Part shown: positions 21,916 through 31,160 of the stretch, one piece after another
How positions within the stretch are numbered: position 1 is the first letter of the stretch
Layout of the letters: the number at the start of each line of letters is the position of its first letter
Source: an uncultured Amaricoccus sp.
GTDB lineage: Bacteria > Pseudomonadota > Alphaproteobacteria > Rhodobacterales > Rhodobacteraceae
Direction: 5' to 3'
DNA length: 64,000 bases
Assembly: GCF_937891315.1 (NCBI RefSeq)
Contig: NZ_CALAGI010000156.1
Location: forward strand, 5,509-69,508
The notes under the pieces: model-generated
Told to the model about the DNA's origin: nothing
Database searches by the model: none
Seen by the model: only the letters and a program-made list of their open reading frames with translations
Translations under genes and position numbers: made by a program

Positions 21916-22005
21916 TGTCCACTCCTCACGCGAATGTGAGCCTTCGCGCCGGTAATATCGGTCGCGGTCGCCCGAAGGGTTCAATGGAACCCTTGGGAGA
22001 CTGCC

Positions 22006-22317
22006 ATGACCATCCGACCGGCCCTTCGGCCCGTTCTCTTCGGCGGCGCGGCCGTGATCATCTGCGTGGTCGCGGGCATGATGGCCTACTGCCTGTCGCA
22101 CCGCGTCCAGGCGATTCATCTCGCGACGCTGGCGCTGCTCACCACCTCGGGCGCGCTCGTTTCGCGCATCTTCGAGGGGCTGGCGCAGCGCAGGCAGAGG
22201 CGGAGCGGGCTCGACATGCAATGCGTGGCCGCGGACGACGAACTGCTCTTCGCCCGCTCCGTGCCGCTGGTGGTGCCGATCGCGGGCGCGCTGTTTTCCT
22301 ACTACATCATGATGTAG
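22006..22317 (+). CDS. Hypothetical small membrane protein (3 predicted TM) inside the sox operon
   Basis: ORF 22006..22317. GGGAGA 6 nt upstream of the ATG and high third-position GC. Hydrophobic segments VLFGGAAVIICVVAGMMAYCL, IHLATLALLTTSGALV, VPLVVPIAGALFSYYIMM. Confidence 0.6.
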   Translation: MTIRPALRPVLFGGAAVIICVVAGMMAYCLSHRVQAIHLATLALLTTSGALVSRIFEGLAQRRQRRSGLDMQCVAADDELLFARSVPLVVPIAGALFSYYIMM

Positions 22318-22354
22318 TCCGTCCCTCGCTCATCGTGAATTCCCGAGGTCTTCC

Positions 22355-22678
22355 ATGCTGTCGCTGACCTGTCCCTGCTGCGGCGTGGAAGCCGAGGAAA
22401 CCGAGTTCGCCCCCGGCGGCGAGGCGCATCTGAAGCGCCAGGGCCCGGGCAGCGACGACGCGGATTTCGCCGCCTATCTCTTCGAGCGCCGCAATCCGCG
22501 CGGTGTGCATTTCGAGCGCTGGCGCCATGCCTATGGCTGCGGCAAGTGGTTCCATGTCGCGCGCGACACCGCGACGCTGGAGGTGTTCGGCGCCTATCCC
22601 GCCCGCGCCCCGGCCCCGCCCGCGCCGCTCATCGCCGCGATCAGGATCCGTCGCCCGGATTGGAAGGGCTGGTCATGA
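22355..22678 (+). CDS. soxD: Sarcosine oxidase delta subunit
   Basis: ORF 22355..22678. MLSLTCPCCGVEAEETEF...ERWRHAYGCGKWFHV (Zn-binding Cys pattern of SoxD). Confidence 0.9.
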   Translation: MLSLTCPCCGVEAEETEFAPGGEAHLKRQGPGSDDADFAAYLFERRNPRGVHFERWRHAYGCGKWFHVARDTATLEVFGAYPARAPAPPAPLIAAIRIRRPDWKGWS

Positions 22679-25600
22679 GCACGCGTCTCGCCAGCGGCGG
22701 CGCGCTGATCGACCGGACGCGCCCGCTCGATTTCACCTGGAACGGCAAGCGCCTGCGCGGCTATGCCGGGGACACGCTCGCCTCGGCGCTGCTCGCGAAC
22801 GGCGAGACGCTGGTCGGGCGCTCCTTCAAGTATCACCGGCCGCGCGGCATCGTGGCGAGCGGGCCGGAGGAGCCGAACGCGCTGGTCCAGCTCGGCACCG
22901 GCGCGCGGGCCGAGCCGAATGTCCGCGCCACCACCACCGAGCTTTTCGAAGGCCTCGCCGCCGCGCCGCAGAACTGCTGGCCGAGCCTCGCCTTCGATGT
23001 CAGCGCGATCAACGCCCGCCTCGCACCTTTGTTCCCGGCCGGCTTCTACTACAAGACCTTCATCCATCCGCGCGCCGCCTGGAAATCGCTGTTCGAGCCG
23101 GTGATCCGTCGCTCCGCCGGCCTCGGCGTCGCGCCCGAGGAGGCGGACGCCGACGGCTACGAATATTTCTACGCCTTCGTCGATGTGCTCGTGGTGGGCG
23201 GCGGGATCGGCGGCCTCGTCGCGGCGCTCGCCGCCGGGCGGGCCGGCGCCCGGGTGCTGCTCATCGAGCAGACCGCGCATTGGGGCGGTCGCGCGCTCAC
23301 CGACGGCCCGCGGATCGAGGGGCGGCCGGCGGCGGACTGGATAGCCGAAACGCTCGCCGCGCTCGACGCCCTGCCGAACGTCTCGCGCCGCGCGCGCATG
23401 ATGGCGGCCGGCGTCCATGACCATGGCTATGTGCTGGCGCAGGAGCGGCTGACCGACCACGCGCCCGGCGCGGCCGGTCCCCGGCACCGCCTGTGGCGCA
23501 TCCGTGCGAAGCGCGTGGTCACCGCGACCGGTGCCATCGAGCGGCCGCTCGCCTTCGCCGGCAACGATCTGCCGGGGGTGATGCTGGCCGGCGCCGCGCG
23601 CGATTTCGTGGCACTCTGGGGTGTCAGCCCCGGCGACCGCGTCGTGCTCGTCACCAACAACGACGACGCCTATCGCACCGCGATCGCGCTCAAATCCGCC
23701 GGGCTAGACGTGCCGGCGATCCTCGATGCCCGGCCTTCGGCGACCGGCGCGCTCCCCGTCGAGGCCCGCGCGCTGGGCCTGCGGGTGCTGGAGGGCAGGG
23801 GCGTCGCCGCGGTCAAGGGCGGCAAGCAGGTCACCGGCGTCCGGGTCTGCGCCCAGGCGGGCGAGGGCGCGGTGCTGGAGGACATCCCCTGCGACGCCGT
23901 CGCCATGTCCGGCGGCTGGTCGCCCGTGGTCCATCTCTGGTCCCATTCCGGCGGCAAGCTTGCCTGGAACGAGGCGCTGGCGCATTTCGCCCCCGACCCT
24001 TCGCGCCCGCCGCTCGGCGCCGACGGCGCGGGTTTCGTTGTTTCCGCCGGCTCCGCCTCGGGCGTGCTCGAGGCGGCCGCGGCGCTCGACGATGCGCACC
24101 GCGCCGGCCTGCGCGCCGCGGCCGAGACCGGCCATTCCGTCAACCTCGCCGCCCCGGCGGCGGAGGCGGAAGCGGAAGCGCCGATGATGCCGGTCTGGTC
24201 GATGCCGCAAGGCGCGGCGCCCGGTTTGCGCGCCAAGGCTTTCCTCGATTTCCAGAACGACGTGAAGGTCTCGGACGTCCGCCTCGCCGCGCAGGAGGGC
24301 TATGCCTCGGTCGAGCATACCAAGCGCTATACCACGCTCGGCATGGCGACCGATCAAGGCAAGCTCAGCAATATCAACGGCCTCGCCGTGCTCGCCGATG
24401 CCTTGGCCGCGCCGATCCCGGCCGTCGGCACCACGACCTTCCGCCCGCCCTATGCGCCGGTGACCTTCGGCGCGCTGGCGGGCGAGGCGCGCGGGCCGTT
24501 GTTCAAGCCGACCCGCAAGACGCCGATCGACGGTTGGTCCGACGCGAACGGCGCGCATTGGGAGCCGGTCGCCGACTGGCGCCGGCCCTATGCCTATCCG
24601 CGGGGCGGCGAATCCGTCGCCGAGGCGGTGACCCGCGAGATCCTGAACACCCGAAGCAACGTCGGCCTGCTCGATGCCTCGACGCTGGGCAAGATCCTGG
24701 TGAAAGGCCCGGACGCCGGTCGGTTCCTCGATCTCGTCTATACCAGCATCATGTCGAGCCTCGCCGTCGGCCGCTGCCGCTATGGGCTGATGTGCAACGA
24801 GAACGGCTTTCTTTTCGATGACGGCGTGGTGGTTCGGCTGACCGAGGACAGCTTTCTCTGCCACACCACTTCCGGCGGATCGGACCGGGTGCATGCCTGG
24901 CTCGAGGAATGGCTACAGACCGAATGGTGGGATCTGAAGGTCTTCACCGCCAACCTGACCGAGCAATATGCCCAGGTCGCCGTGGTCGGCCCCAAGGCGC
25001 GCGCGGTGCTGGAGACGCTCGGCGGCATGGATGTCTCGCGCGAGGCGCTGCCCTTCATGGCCTTCGCCGAAGGCGCGCTGGCCGGCGTGCCGGCCCGCGC
25101 GTATCGCATCTCCTTCTCCGGCGAGCTCAGCTACGAGATCGCGGTGCCGGCGGCGCGGGGCTTGGAGTTCTGGGACGCCTGCCTCGCCGCCGGCGCGGCG
25201 CAGGGGGCCCAACCCTATGGCACCGAGGCGCTGCATGTGATGCGGGCCGAGAAGGGCTTCATCATGATCGGCGACGAGACCGACGGCACGGTGATCCCGC
25301 AGGACCTGAACCTCGGCTGGGCCGTCTCGAAGAAGAAGTCCGACTTCATTGGCAAGCGCGCCCAGGCGCGGGCGGATCTGACCCGTCCGGACCGCGAGAC
25401 CCTGGTCGGCCTCCTGACCGAAAATCCGATGGAGGTGCTGCCCGACGGCGCCTACGCGGTCGCGGAGCCGGTCGCCGCGGAAGGACCGACGCGGACCATC
25501 GGCCACGTCACCTCCAGCTACTTCTCGCCGACACTTGGCCATTCGATCGCCATGGCGCTGATCGAGGGCGGGGCGGGGCGGCTCGGCCAGACGCTCGATT

Positions 25601-25686
25601 TCCCGGTCGGCGCGGGCGGGGTCATCCGGGCGCGGGTGGTCGATCCGGTCTTCCTCGACAAGGAAGGGAGCCGCCAGGATGTCTGA
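22675..25686 (+). CDS. soxA: Sarcosine oxidase alpha subunit
   Basis: ATG at 22675 (ATGA overlap with soxD) in the frame of ORF 22546..25686. FTWNGKRLRGYAGDTLASALLANG, dinucleotide fold VLVVGGGIGGLVAALAAGRAG, C-terminal GcvT-like folate domain. Confidence 0.93.
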   Translation: MSTRLASGGALIDRTRPLDFTWNGKRLRGYAGDTLASALLANGETLVGRSFKYHRPRGIVASGPEEPNALVQLGTGARAEPNVRATTTELFEGLAAAPQNCWPSLAFDVSAINARLAPLFPAGFYYKTFIHPRAAWKSLFEPVIRRSAGLGVAPEEADADGYEYFYAFVDVLVVGGGIGGLVAALAAGRAGARVLLIEQTAHWGGRALTDGPRIEGRPAADWIAETLAALDALPNVSRRARMMAAGVHDHGYVLAQERLTDHAPGAAGPRHRLWRIRAKRVVTATGAIERPLAFAGNDLPGVMLAGAARDFVALWGVSPGDRVVLVTNNDDAYRTAIALKSAGLDVPAILDARPSATGALPVEARALGLRVLEGRGVAAVKGGKQVTGVRVCAQAGEGAVLEDIPCDAVAMSGGWSPVVHLWSHSGGKLAWNEALAHFAPDPSRPPLGADGAGFVVSAGSASGVLEAAAALDDAHRAGLRAAAETGHSVNLAAPAAEAEAEAPMMPVWSMPQGAAPGLRAKAFLDFQNDVKVSDVRLAAQEGYASVEHTKRYTTLGMATDQGKLSNINGLAVLADALAAPIPAVGTTTFRPPYAPVTFGALAGEARGPLFKPTRKTPIDGWSDANGAHWEPVADWRRPYAYPRGGESVAEAVTREILNTRSNVGLLDASTLGKILVKGPDAGRFLDLVYTSIMSSLAVGRCRYGLMCNENGFLFDDGVVVRLTEDSFLCHTTSGGSDRVHAWLEEWLQTEWWDLKVFTANLTEQYAQVAVVGPKARAVLETLGGMDVSREALPFMAFAEGALAGVPARAYRISFSGELSYEIAVPAARGLEFWDACLAAGAAQGAQPYGTEALHVMRAEKGFIMIGDETDGTVIPQDLNLGWAVSKKKSDFIGKRAQARADLTRPDRETLVGLLTENPMEVLPDGAYAVAEPVAAEGPTRTIGHVTSSYFSPTLGHSIAMALIEGGAGRLGQTLDFPVGAGGVIRARVVDPVFLDKEGSRQDV

Positions 25687-26206
25687 CGTCGTCGTCTCGC
25701 AACCGACCGCGCCGGGGATGATCACCTTGCGCTACGATTTCGCGGCGCCGGGGGCGCAGTCGGCGCTGCTCGGCGCCACCGGCTGCGTCATGCCGGGCAC
25801 ACGGCGCATCGCCTTTTCCGGCGACCGCGCGCTCGCCTGGATGTCGCCCGACGAGGCGATGCTGTTCCTGCCCCACGCCCAGGCGCCGTCCGTCGCGGCG
25901 GAGATCGCGGCGAAGCTCGCTCCGGCGCCCTGCCTCGCCGTCGATGTCTCGGACGCGCGGGTGATCTTCCGCCTGAGCGGTCAGGGCGCGCGCGAGGTGC
26001 TGGCCAAGGGGGCGCCGGCCGATCTCTCGCCCGCGGCCTTCGGGGTCGGCGACTTCCGCCGCACCCGGGTCGGTCAGGTCGCCGCCGCCTTCTGGCTGCG
26101 CGAGGACGGCGCCTTCGATCTGATGTGCTTCCGCTCGGTCGCCGAGTACATGCGCCTCTGGCTTGACACCGCCGCCCGTCCGGGCAGCCTGCCGGGCTAT
26201 CTTTAG
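25679..26206 (+). CDS. soxG: Sarcosine oxidase gamma subunit
   Basis: ORF 25679..26206. 175 aa with an 8-nt overlap with soxA. Size, position and the ...AFWLREDGAFDLMCFRS... pattern fit SoxG. Confidence 0.8.
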   Translation: MSDVVVSQPTAPGMITLRYDFAAPGAQSALLGATGCVMPGTRRIAFSGDRALAWMSPDEAMLFLPHAQAPSVAAEIAAKLAPAPCLAVDVSDARVIFRLSGQGAREVLAKGAPADLSPAAFGVGDFRRTRVGQVAAAFWLREDGAFDLMCFRSVAEYMRLWLDTAARPGSLPGYL

Positions 26207-26297
26207 CACAGCCTGCCAGCCGGCAGGCGATGGCGCGCTTTGCTTTCGGGCCCGGCTCCGCTACACTGGCGCACGGCTCCTTATTGCAGAGGCCACC

Positions 26298-27065
26298 ATG
26301 CGTTTTCTCCTCGGTTTCGGCGCCGCCGTCGCCTTGATGGCGGCGCATCCGGTCGCCGCGCTCGATATCTGCGTCGAGGGGGCCTACCCCCCGTTCTCCC
26401 AGGTTCTGGAGGACGGCGCGATGGTCGGGTTCGACATCGACATGGCGAATGCGCTCTGCGCCCGCATCGGCGAGAGCTGCGATCTCGTCCGGACCAACTG
26501 GGACCGGATGATCCCGACGCTGCTCGACGGCGGTTGCGACGCGATCGTCGCCTCGATGTCGAGCACGGAGCCGCGCAAGCGCCTGATCGATTTCACCGCG
26601 CCCTACTATCGCTCGCCCGGCCGCTTCGTCGCGCGCGACGGGGCGGGGCTCGCCGATACGCCGGACGGCCTCGCGGGCAAGGCGATCGGGGTCCAGCTCG
26701 GCACCGTCAACCAGTTCTTCGTCCAGGCGCATTATCCCGAGGCCGCGCTCCGCGTCTATGTCACGCAGGAGCATGTGCTGATGGATCTCGAGGCCGGGCG
26801 CCTCGACGCGGTCTTCGGCGAGGCGGCGCAGCTCGAGGCCGGCTTTCTCGAGACCAGCGCCGGCGAGGGTTTCGCCTTCTTCGGCGGCGAGCATTTCGAT
26901 CCCGCGATCCAGGGCGCGGGCGCGGCGATCGGCGTGCGCAAGGACGAACCGGCGCTGCGCGACGCGCTATCGAGCGCGATCGCGAGCATCCGCGCCGACG
27001 GCAGCTATCAGGAAATCGCGGCGAAATACTTCGACTTCGACATCTACGGCGGCTCCGGCTCCTGA
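26298..27065 (+). CDS. Polar amino acid/opine ABC substrate-binding protein (HisJ/ArgT/OccT family), copy 1
   Basis: ATG at 26298 inside ORF 26163..27065. Signal MRFLLGFGAAVALMAAHPVAA, then LDICVEGAYPPFS...GFDIDMANALC...DAIVASMSSTEPR. Confidence 0.85.
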   Translation: MRFLLGFGAAVALMAAHPVAALDICVEGAYPPFSQVLEDGAMVGFDIDMANALCARIGESCDLVRTNWDRMIPTLLDGGCDAIVASMSSTEPRKRLIDFTAPYYRSPGRFVARDGAGLADTPDGLAGKAIGVQLGTVNQFFVQAHYPEAALRVYVTQEHVLMDLEAGRLDAVFGEAAQLEAGFLETSAGEGFAFFGGEHFDPAIQGAGAAIGVRKDEPALRDALSSAIASIRADGSYQEIAAKYFDFDIYGGSGS

Positions 27066-27126
27066 GCCGCCTTGACGGCGGATCACCGTCGCCTAGGCTG
27101 CGGGAACCTAGGAACAGGAGATCCGC

Positions 27127-27888
27127 ATGAAGCGCAGCCTTTGCGCCCTGGCCGTCGGCGTATGTATCGCAGCCGCGACGCCCGCCCTCGCCCTCAATGT
27201 CTGCGTGGAAGGCGCCTTCCCACCGTTCTCCGAGACCGCGCCCGACGGCTCGATCGTCGGATTCGACATCGACATCGCGCAGGCGGTCTGCGCCGAGATC
27301 GGCCAGAGCTGTACGCTGCTCAAGGTCGACTGGGACGGCATGATCCCCGCGCTGCTCGAAAAGAAGTGCGACACGATCATCGCCTCGATGTCCGCGACGC
27401 CGGAGCGCCAGCAGGTGATCGACTTCACCAGCAAATACTACAACGTGCCAAACCGGTTCGTCGGTCGCGCCGACGCCGGCCTGACCGACACGACCGAGGG
27501 GCTGGCCGGCAAGGTCATCGGCGTCCAGCGCGGCACCACCTGGAACGCCTTCGTCGAGAAAAACTACCCGGAGGCGCAGCTCCAGCTCTATGGCACGCAG
27601 GACGAGGCCTTCCTCGATCTCTCCGCCGGGCGGGTCGACGCGGTGATGGCCGACGTTCTGACCCTCGATGTCGGCTTCCTGAAGACGCCGGCCGGCGCGG
27701 GCTTTGCCATGTTCGGTGAGAATCACCTCGATTCCGACATCTTCGGCGATGGCCTCGCCTTCGGCGTGCGCAAGGACGATACCGCGCTCCGCGACCAGTT
27801 GAGCGCCGCGATCCTCGCCATCCGGGCCGACGGCGAGTATGACGCGATCCAGAAGAAGTATTTCGACTTCGACATCTATGGCGGCTGA
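27127..27888 (+). CDS. Polar amino acid/opine ABC substrate-binding protein, copy 2 (tandem paralogue)
   Basis: ORF 27127..27888. Collinear with copy 1 (LNVCVEGAFPPFS...GFDIDIAQAVC...DTIIASMSATPER). Both end in KYFDFDIYGG. Confidence 0.85.
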   Translation: MKRSLCALAVGVCIAAATPALALNVCVEGAFPPFSETAPDGSIVGFDIDIAQAVCAEIGQSCTLLKVDWDGMIPALLEKKCDTIIASMSATPERQQVIDFTSKYYNVPNRFVGRADAGLTDTTEGLAGKVIGVQRGTTWNAFVEKNYPEAQLQLYGTQDEAFLDLSAGRVDAVMADVLTLDVGFLKTPAGAGFAMFGENHLDSDIFGDGLAFGVRKDDTALRDQLSAAILAIRADGEYDAIQKKYFDFDIYGG

Positions 27889-27936
27889 CCGCGCCCACGG
27901 TCCGCGCACCGGACGCCCAGCCGGAGCGCCCGCCGC

Positions 27937-28629
27937 ATGGAGGCGCTGATCGCCTATGCCCGCCCCCTGGCGCAGGGGGCGGTGGTCACCGTCGGCCTCG
28001 CCGTGCTGTCGCTGGCGCTCGCCACGTTGCTCGGTGGTCTCGGCGCCTACGGGCGGCTCGGCGGCGGCCGGTTTGGCGCGTGGCTGGTGTTCATCTATAC
28101 CACCATCGTCCGCGGCATTCCCGACCTCGTGGTGATCCTGCTCGTCTATTTCGGTGGCCAGCGGCTGGTCAACACGCTCGCCGCTGCTCTCGGCGCCGAG
28201 GCGGGATTTCAGGTCTCGCCGTTCGTCGCCGGCACCGTCTCGATCGGCTTCATCTATGGCGCCTATCTGACCGAGACCTTCCGCGGCGCCTACATGACCA
28301 TTCCCCGCGGCCAGATCGAGGCCGCGCAGGCGCTTGGCCTCCGGCCGGCGCCGCTGCTCCTGACCGTGACCCTGCCGCAACTGGTGCGCGCGGCTTTGCC
28401 CGGCTATGCCAACGTGTTCCAGGTGCTGGTGAAGTCCACCGCCGTCGTGTCGGTGATCGGCCTCGCCGACATGGTCGGCATCGCCAACAGCGCCGGCAAG
28501 AGCGTGCGCGAGCCCTTCGCCTTCTTCGTCGCCGTCATGCTGTTCTACCTGCTGCTGACCTGGGCCTCGACCACGATCTTCGAGACGCTGGAACGTCGCT
28601 ACGCGCGGGGCTTCGCCAATGCGCGTTGA
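27937..28629 (+). CDS. Polar amino acid ABC permease (HisQ-like)
   Basis: ORF 27937..28629. EAA-type loop IEAAQALGLRPAPLLLTVTLPQ. Confidence 0.85.
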   Translation: MEALIAYARPLAQGAVVTVGLAVLSLALATLLGGLGAYGRLGGGRFGAWLVFIYTTIVRGIPDLVVILLVYFGGQRLVNTLAAALGAEAGFQVSPFVAGTVSIGFIYGAYLTETFRGAYMTIPRGQIEAAQALGLRPAPLLLTVTLPQLVRAALPGYANVFQVLVKSTAVVSVIGLADMVGIANSAGKSVREPFAFFVAVMLFYLLLTWASTTIFETLERRYARGFANAR

Positions 28630-29308
28630 TCTCGTGCTGGCCAATTGGCACCTGTTCGCCAACGGCGTCTGGATCACGCTCCAGCTTACCTTTCTCGCGT
28701 TGGCCATCGGCTTCTGCATCGGCCTGCCGTTCGGCCTCGCCCGCGCGCGCCGGGTGCCGTATCTCTCGCCGGCGATCAACGCCTATGTCTATCTCTTCCG
28801 CGGCACGCCGCTGCTGGTGCAGACCTTTCTCATCTACTACGGCCTGTCGCAGTTCGAATGGATCCGCGACGGCTGGGCCTGGATCTATCTGCGCAGCGCC
28901 TGGTGGTGCGCGCTCATCGCCTTCTCGCTGAACTCCGGCGCCTATGCGACCGAGATCATCCGGGGCGCGATCCAGTCGGTGCCGAAGGGTGACCTCGACG
29001 CCGCCCGCGCGCTCGGGCTGCGGCCGCTGTTCGTCAACGCGCTGATCCTGATCCCCGTCGCGCTGCGCCGCGCGCTGCCGCAATATGGCAACGAGGTGGT
29101 TTTCATGCTGCACGGCTCGGCGGTGGCGAGCGTCATCACCTTGCAGGACATCCTCGGCGCCGGCCGCACGCTGAATGCGAAATTCTATCTCGCCTACGAG
29201 GGGTTCGTCACCGCGGCGCTGCTCTATATGGCGATCACCTTCGTGCTCGTCGCGATCTTCCGCGGGCTGGAGCGGCGCTATCTCGGCCATCTCGACCTGT
29301 CGCACTAA
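28619..29308 (+). CDS. Polar amino acid ABC permease (HisM-like)
   Basis: ORF 28619..29308. LDAARALGLRPLFVNALILIPVALRRALPQYGNE. Confidence 0.85.
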   Translation: MRVDLVLANWHLFANGVWITLQLTFLALAIGFCIGLPFGLARARRVPYLSPAINAYVYLFRGTPLLVQTFLIYYGLSQFEWIRDGWAWIYLRSAWWCALIAFSLNSGAYATEIIRGAIQSVPKGDLDAARALGLRPLFVNALILIPVALRRALPQYGNEVVFMLHGSAVASVITLQDILGAGRTLNAKFYLAYEGFVTAALLYMAITFVLVAIFRGLERRYLGHLDLSH

Positions 29309-29345
29309 GCTTTCGTTCCGCCGCGCGACGGGATAGGCAGGCGCC

Positions 29346-30539
29346 ATGTCAGACCGTCCCGTCGTTCGCCTGCTGCCCAAGACCGCCGCCCAGCCGTTCC
29401 GCTTCGGGGCGCCTTGGGTCTATGCCGACCAGATCGTGCTCGACCGCCGCACGCGGGCGATTCCGGCGGGTTCCATCGTCGAGCTTCAGGACGGCGAGCA
29501 GCGCACCCTCGGCGCCGCCGGTTTCAACGCGGGGTCCAAGATCGCGCTGCGCCTGCTTGACCGCGATCCCGCGGCGGTGGTCGATCGCAGCTGGTTCGAG
29601 GCGCGCCTTTCCCGCGCGCTGTCGCTGCGCGAGGCCTTGTTCGACGCGCCCTGCTACCGCCTCGTCCATGCCGAGGCCGACGATCTGCCCGGCGTGGTCA
29701 TCGACCGCTTCGGCGACGCCGCAGTGATCCAGCCGAACGCCGCCTGGGCCGAGGCCAATCTCGCAGCGCTCGCCGAGGCGCTCCAGGCCGTGACCGGGGT
29801 CTCGATCGTGGTCAAGAACGCCGCCGGCCGCGCCCGGGGGCTCGAAGGCCTGCCCGAGGAGTCGGGGCTCCTGTCTGGCGCGCTCGCAGCACCGGTGCCG
29901 GTGCCGATGAACGGCGCCACCTATTTCGCCGACCTGCTCGGCGGCCAGAAGACCGGGCTGTTCTACGATCAGCGCCCGAACCACGCCTTCGCCGCGCGCC
30001 TCGCGCGGGGCCGCGCGATGCTCGATGTCTTCGCCCATGTCGGCGGCTTCGCCCTCGCCGGCCTCGCCGCCGGTGCCACCTTGGCCCTCGCCATCGACGG
30101 TTCGGCGCCCGCGCTGGCGCTCGCCGAGGCGGGCGCCGAGGCGAGCGGCGTCGCCGACCGTTTCACCGCGCGCAAGGGCGACGCCTTCGACACGATGACG
30201 GCGCTGGCGGGAGAAGGCGCGCGCTTTGGTCTGGTCGTCTGCGATCCGCCCGCCTTCGCCCCGAGCAAATCCGCGCTCGAAGCCGGGCTGCGCGCCTATG
30301 AGCGGGTCGCGCGCCTCGGCGCCGCCTTGGTCGAGCCGGGCGGTTTTCTCGTGCTCTGTTCCTGCAGCCACGCCGCCGACCTCGCCCGCTTCCGCGAGGC
30401 AAGCCTGCGCGGCGTCGGCAAGGCCGGTCGGACCGCGCGCATCCTCGCAACCGGCGGCGCGGGGCCGGACCATCCGACCCATCCCTATCTCGCCGAATCC
30501 GCCTATCTGAAGGCCTTGTTTCTGCGCCTCGGCCCGTGA
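29346..30539 (+). CDS. PUA-domain class I SAM-dependent RNA (cytosine-C5) methyltransferase, RlmI-like
   Basis: ORF 29346..30539. Collinear with E. coli RlmI as I recall it (YRLVHAEADDLPGVVIDRFGD, GQKTGLFYDQR, LVVCDPPAF, LVLCSCS). Confidence 0.8.
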   Translation: MSDRPVVRLLPKTAAQPFRFGAPWVYADQIVLDRRTRAIPAGSIVELQDGEQRTLGAAGFNAGSKIALRLLDRDPAAVVDRSWFEARLSRALSLREALFDAPCYRLVHAEADDLPGVVIDRFGDAAVIQPNAAWAEANLAALAEALQAVTGVSIVVKNAAGRARGLEGLPEESGLLSGALAAPVPVPMNGATYFADLLGGQKTGLFYDQRPNHAFAARLARGRAMLDVFAHVGGFALAGLAAGATLALAIDGSAPALALAEAGAEASGVADRFTARKGDAFDTMTALAGEGARFGLVVCDPPAFAPSKSALEAGLRAYERVARLGAALVEPGGFLVLCSCSHAADLARFREASLRGVGKAGRTARILATGGAGPDHPTHPYLAESAYLKALFLRLGP

Positions 30540-31105
30540 GGTCCGGGCCGGTCACGCCGGAGCGCGTCCTTCTCGATGCGAATGTGCTCTTTCCGACGGT
30601 GCTGCGCGAGATGCTGATCGGTACCGCGCGGCGTGGCGGCTTCGTCCCGCTCTGGTCGCCGCGCATCCTCGAGGAATGGGCGCGCGCCACCCGCCGGCTT
30701 CCGTCGGGCGCCGAGGCCATCGCCCGTGCCGAGATCGCATTGCTGCGCGCCGACTGGCCGGGGGCGGGGGTGACGCCGCCCGACGCGCTGATCGCCGGCC
30801 TCGACCTGCCCGACGCCGACGATCGCCATGTGCTCGCCGCCGCCATCACGGGCGGGGCGACCGCGCTCCTCACGCTCAACCGCGCGGACTTTCCCGGCTG
30901 GCGCCTCGCCGCCCACGGGATTCAGCGGCGCGAGCCGGACGGCTTCCTGCTGGAACTCTGGCATGCCGGGACCGATCTTCGCGCGGTGGCCGCCGAGGTC
31001 CGTGCCCGCGCCGAACGCGCCGGCGGTCAGCCCCGCGATCTCCGCCCGCTCCTGAAGCGCGCGGGCCTCCCGCGCCTGGCAAAGGCGCTCGAAGCCTCCG
31101 GCTGA
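30536..31105 (+). CDS. PIN domain (PIN_3-like) nuclease
   Basis: ORF 30536..31105. GTG overlaps the methyltransferase stop (GTGA). VLLDANVLFP, DADDRHVLAAAITGGATALLTLNRADF. Confidence 0.75.
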   Translation: MRSGPVTPERVLLDANVLFPTVLREMLIGTARRGGFVPLWSPRILEEWARATRRLPSGAEAIARAEIALLRADWPGAGVTPPDALIAGLDLPDADDRHVLAAAITGGATALLTLNRADFPGWRLAAHGIQRREPDGFLLELWHAGTDLRAVAAEVRARAERAGGQPRDLRPLLKRAGLPRLAKALEASG

Positions 31106-31160
31106 TCCGGAAGCGGCTTCCTGATGATGCAAACGCCCCGGCCGGAAGTCGCAGCTCGCT

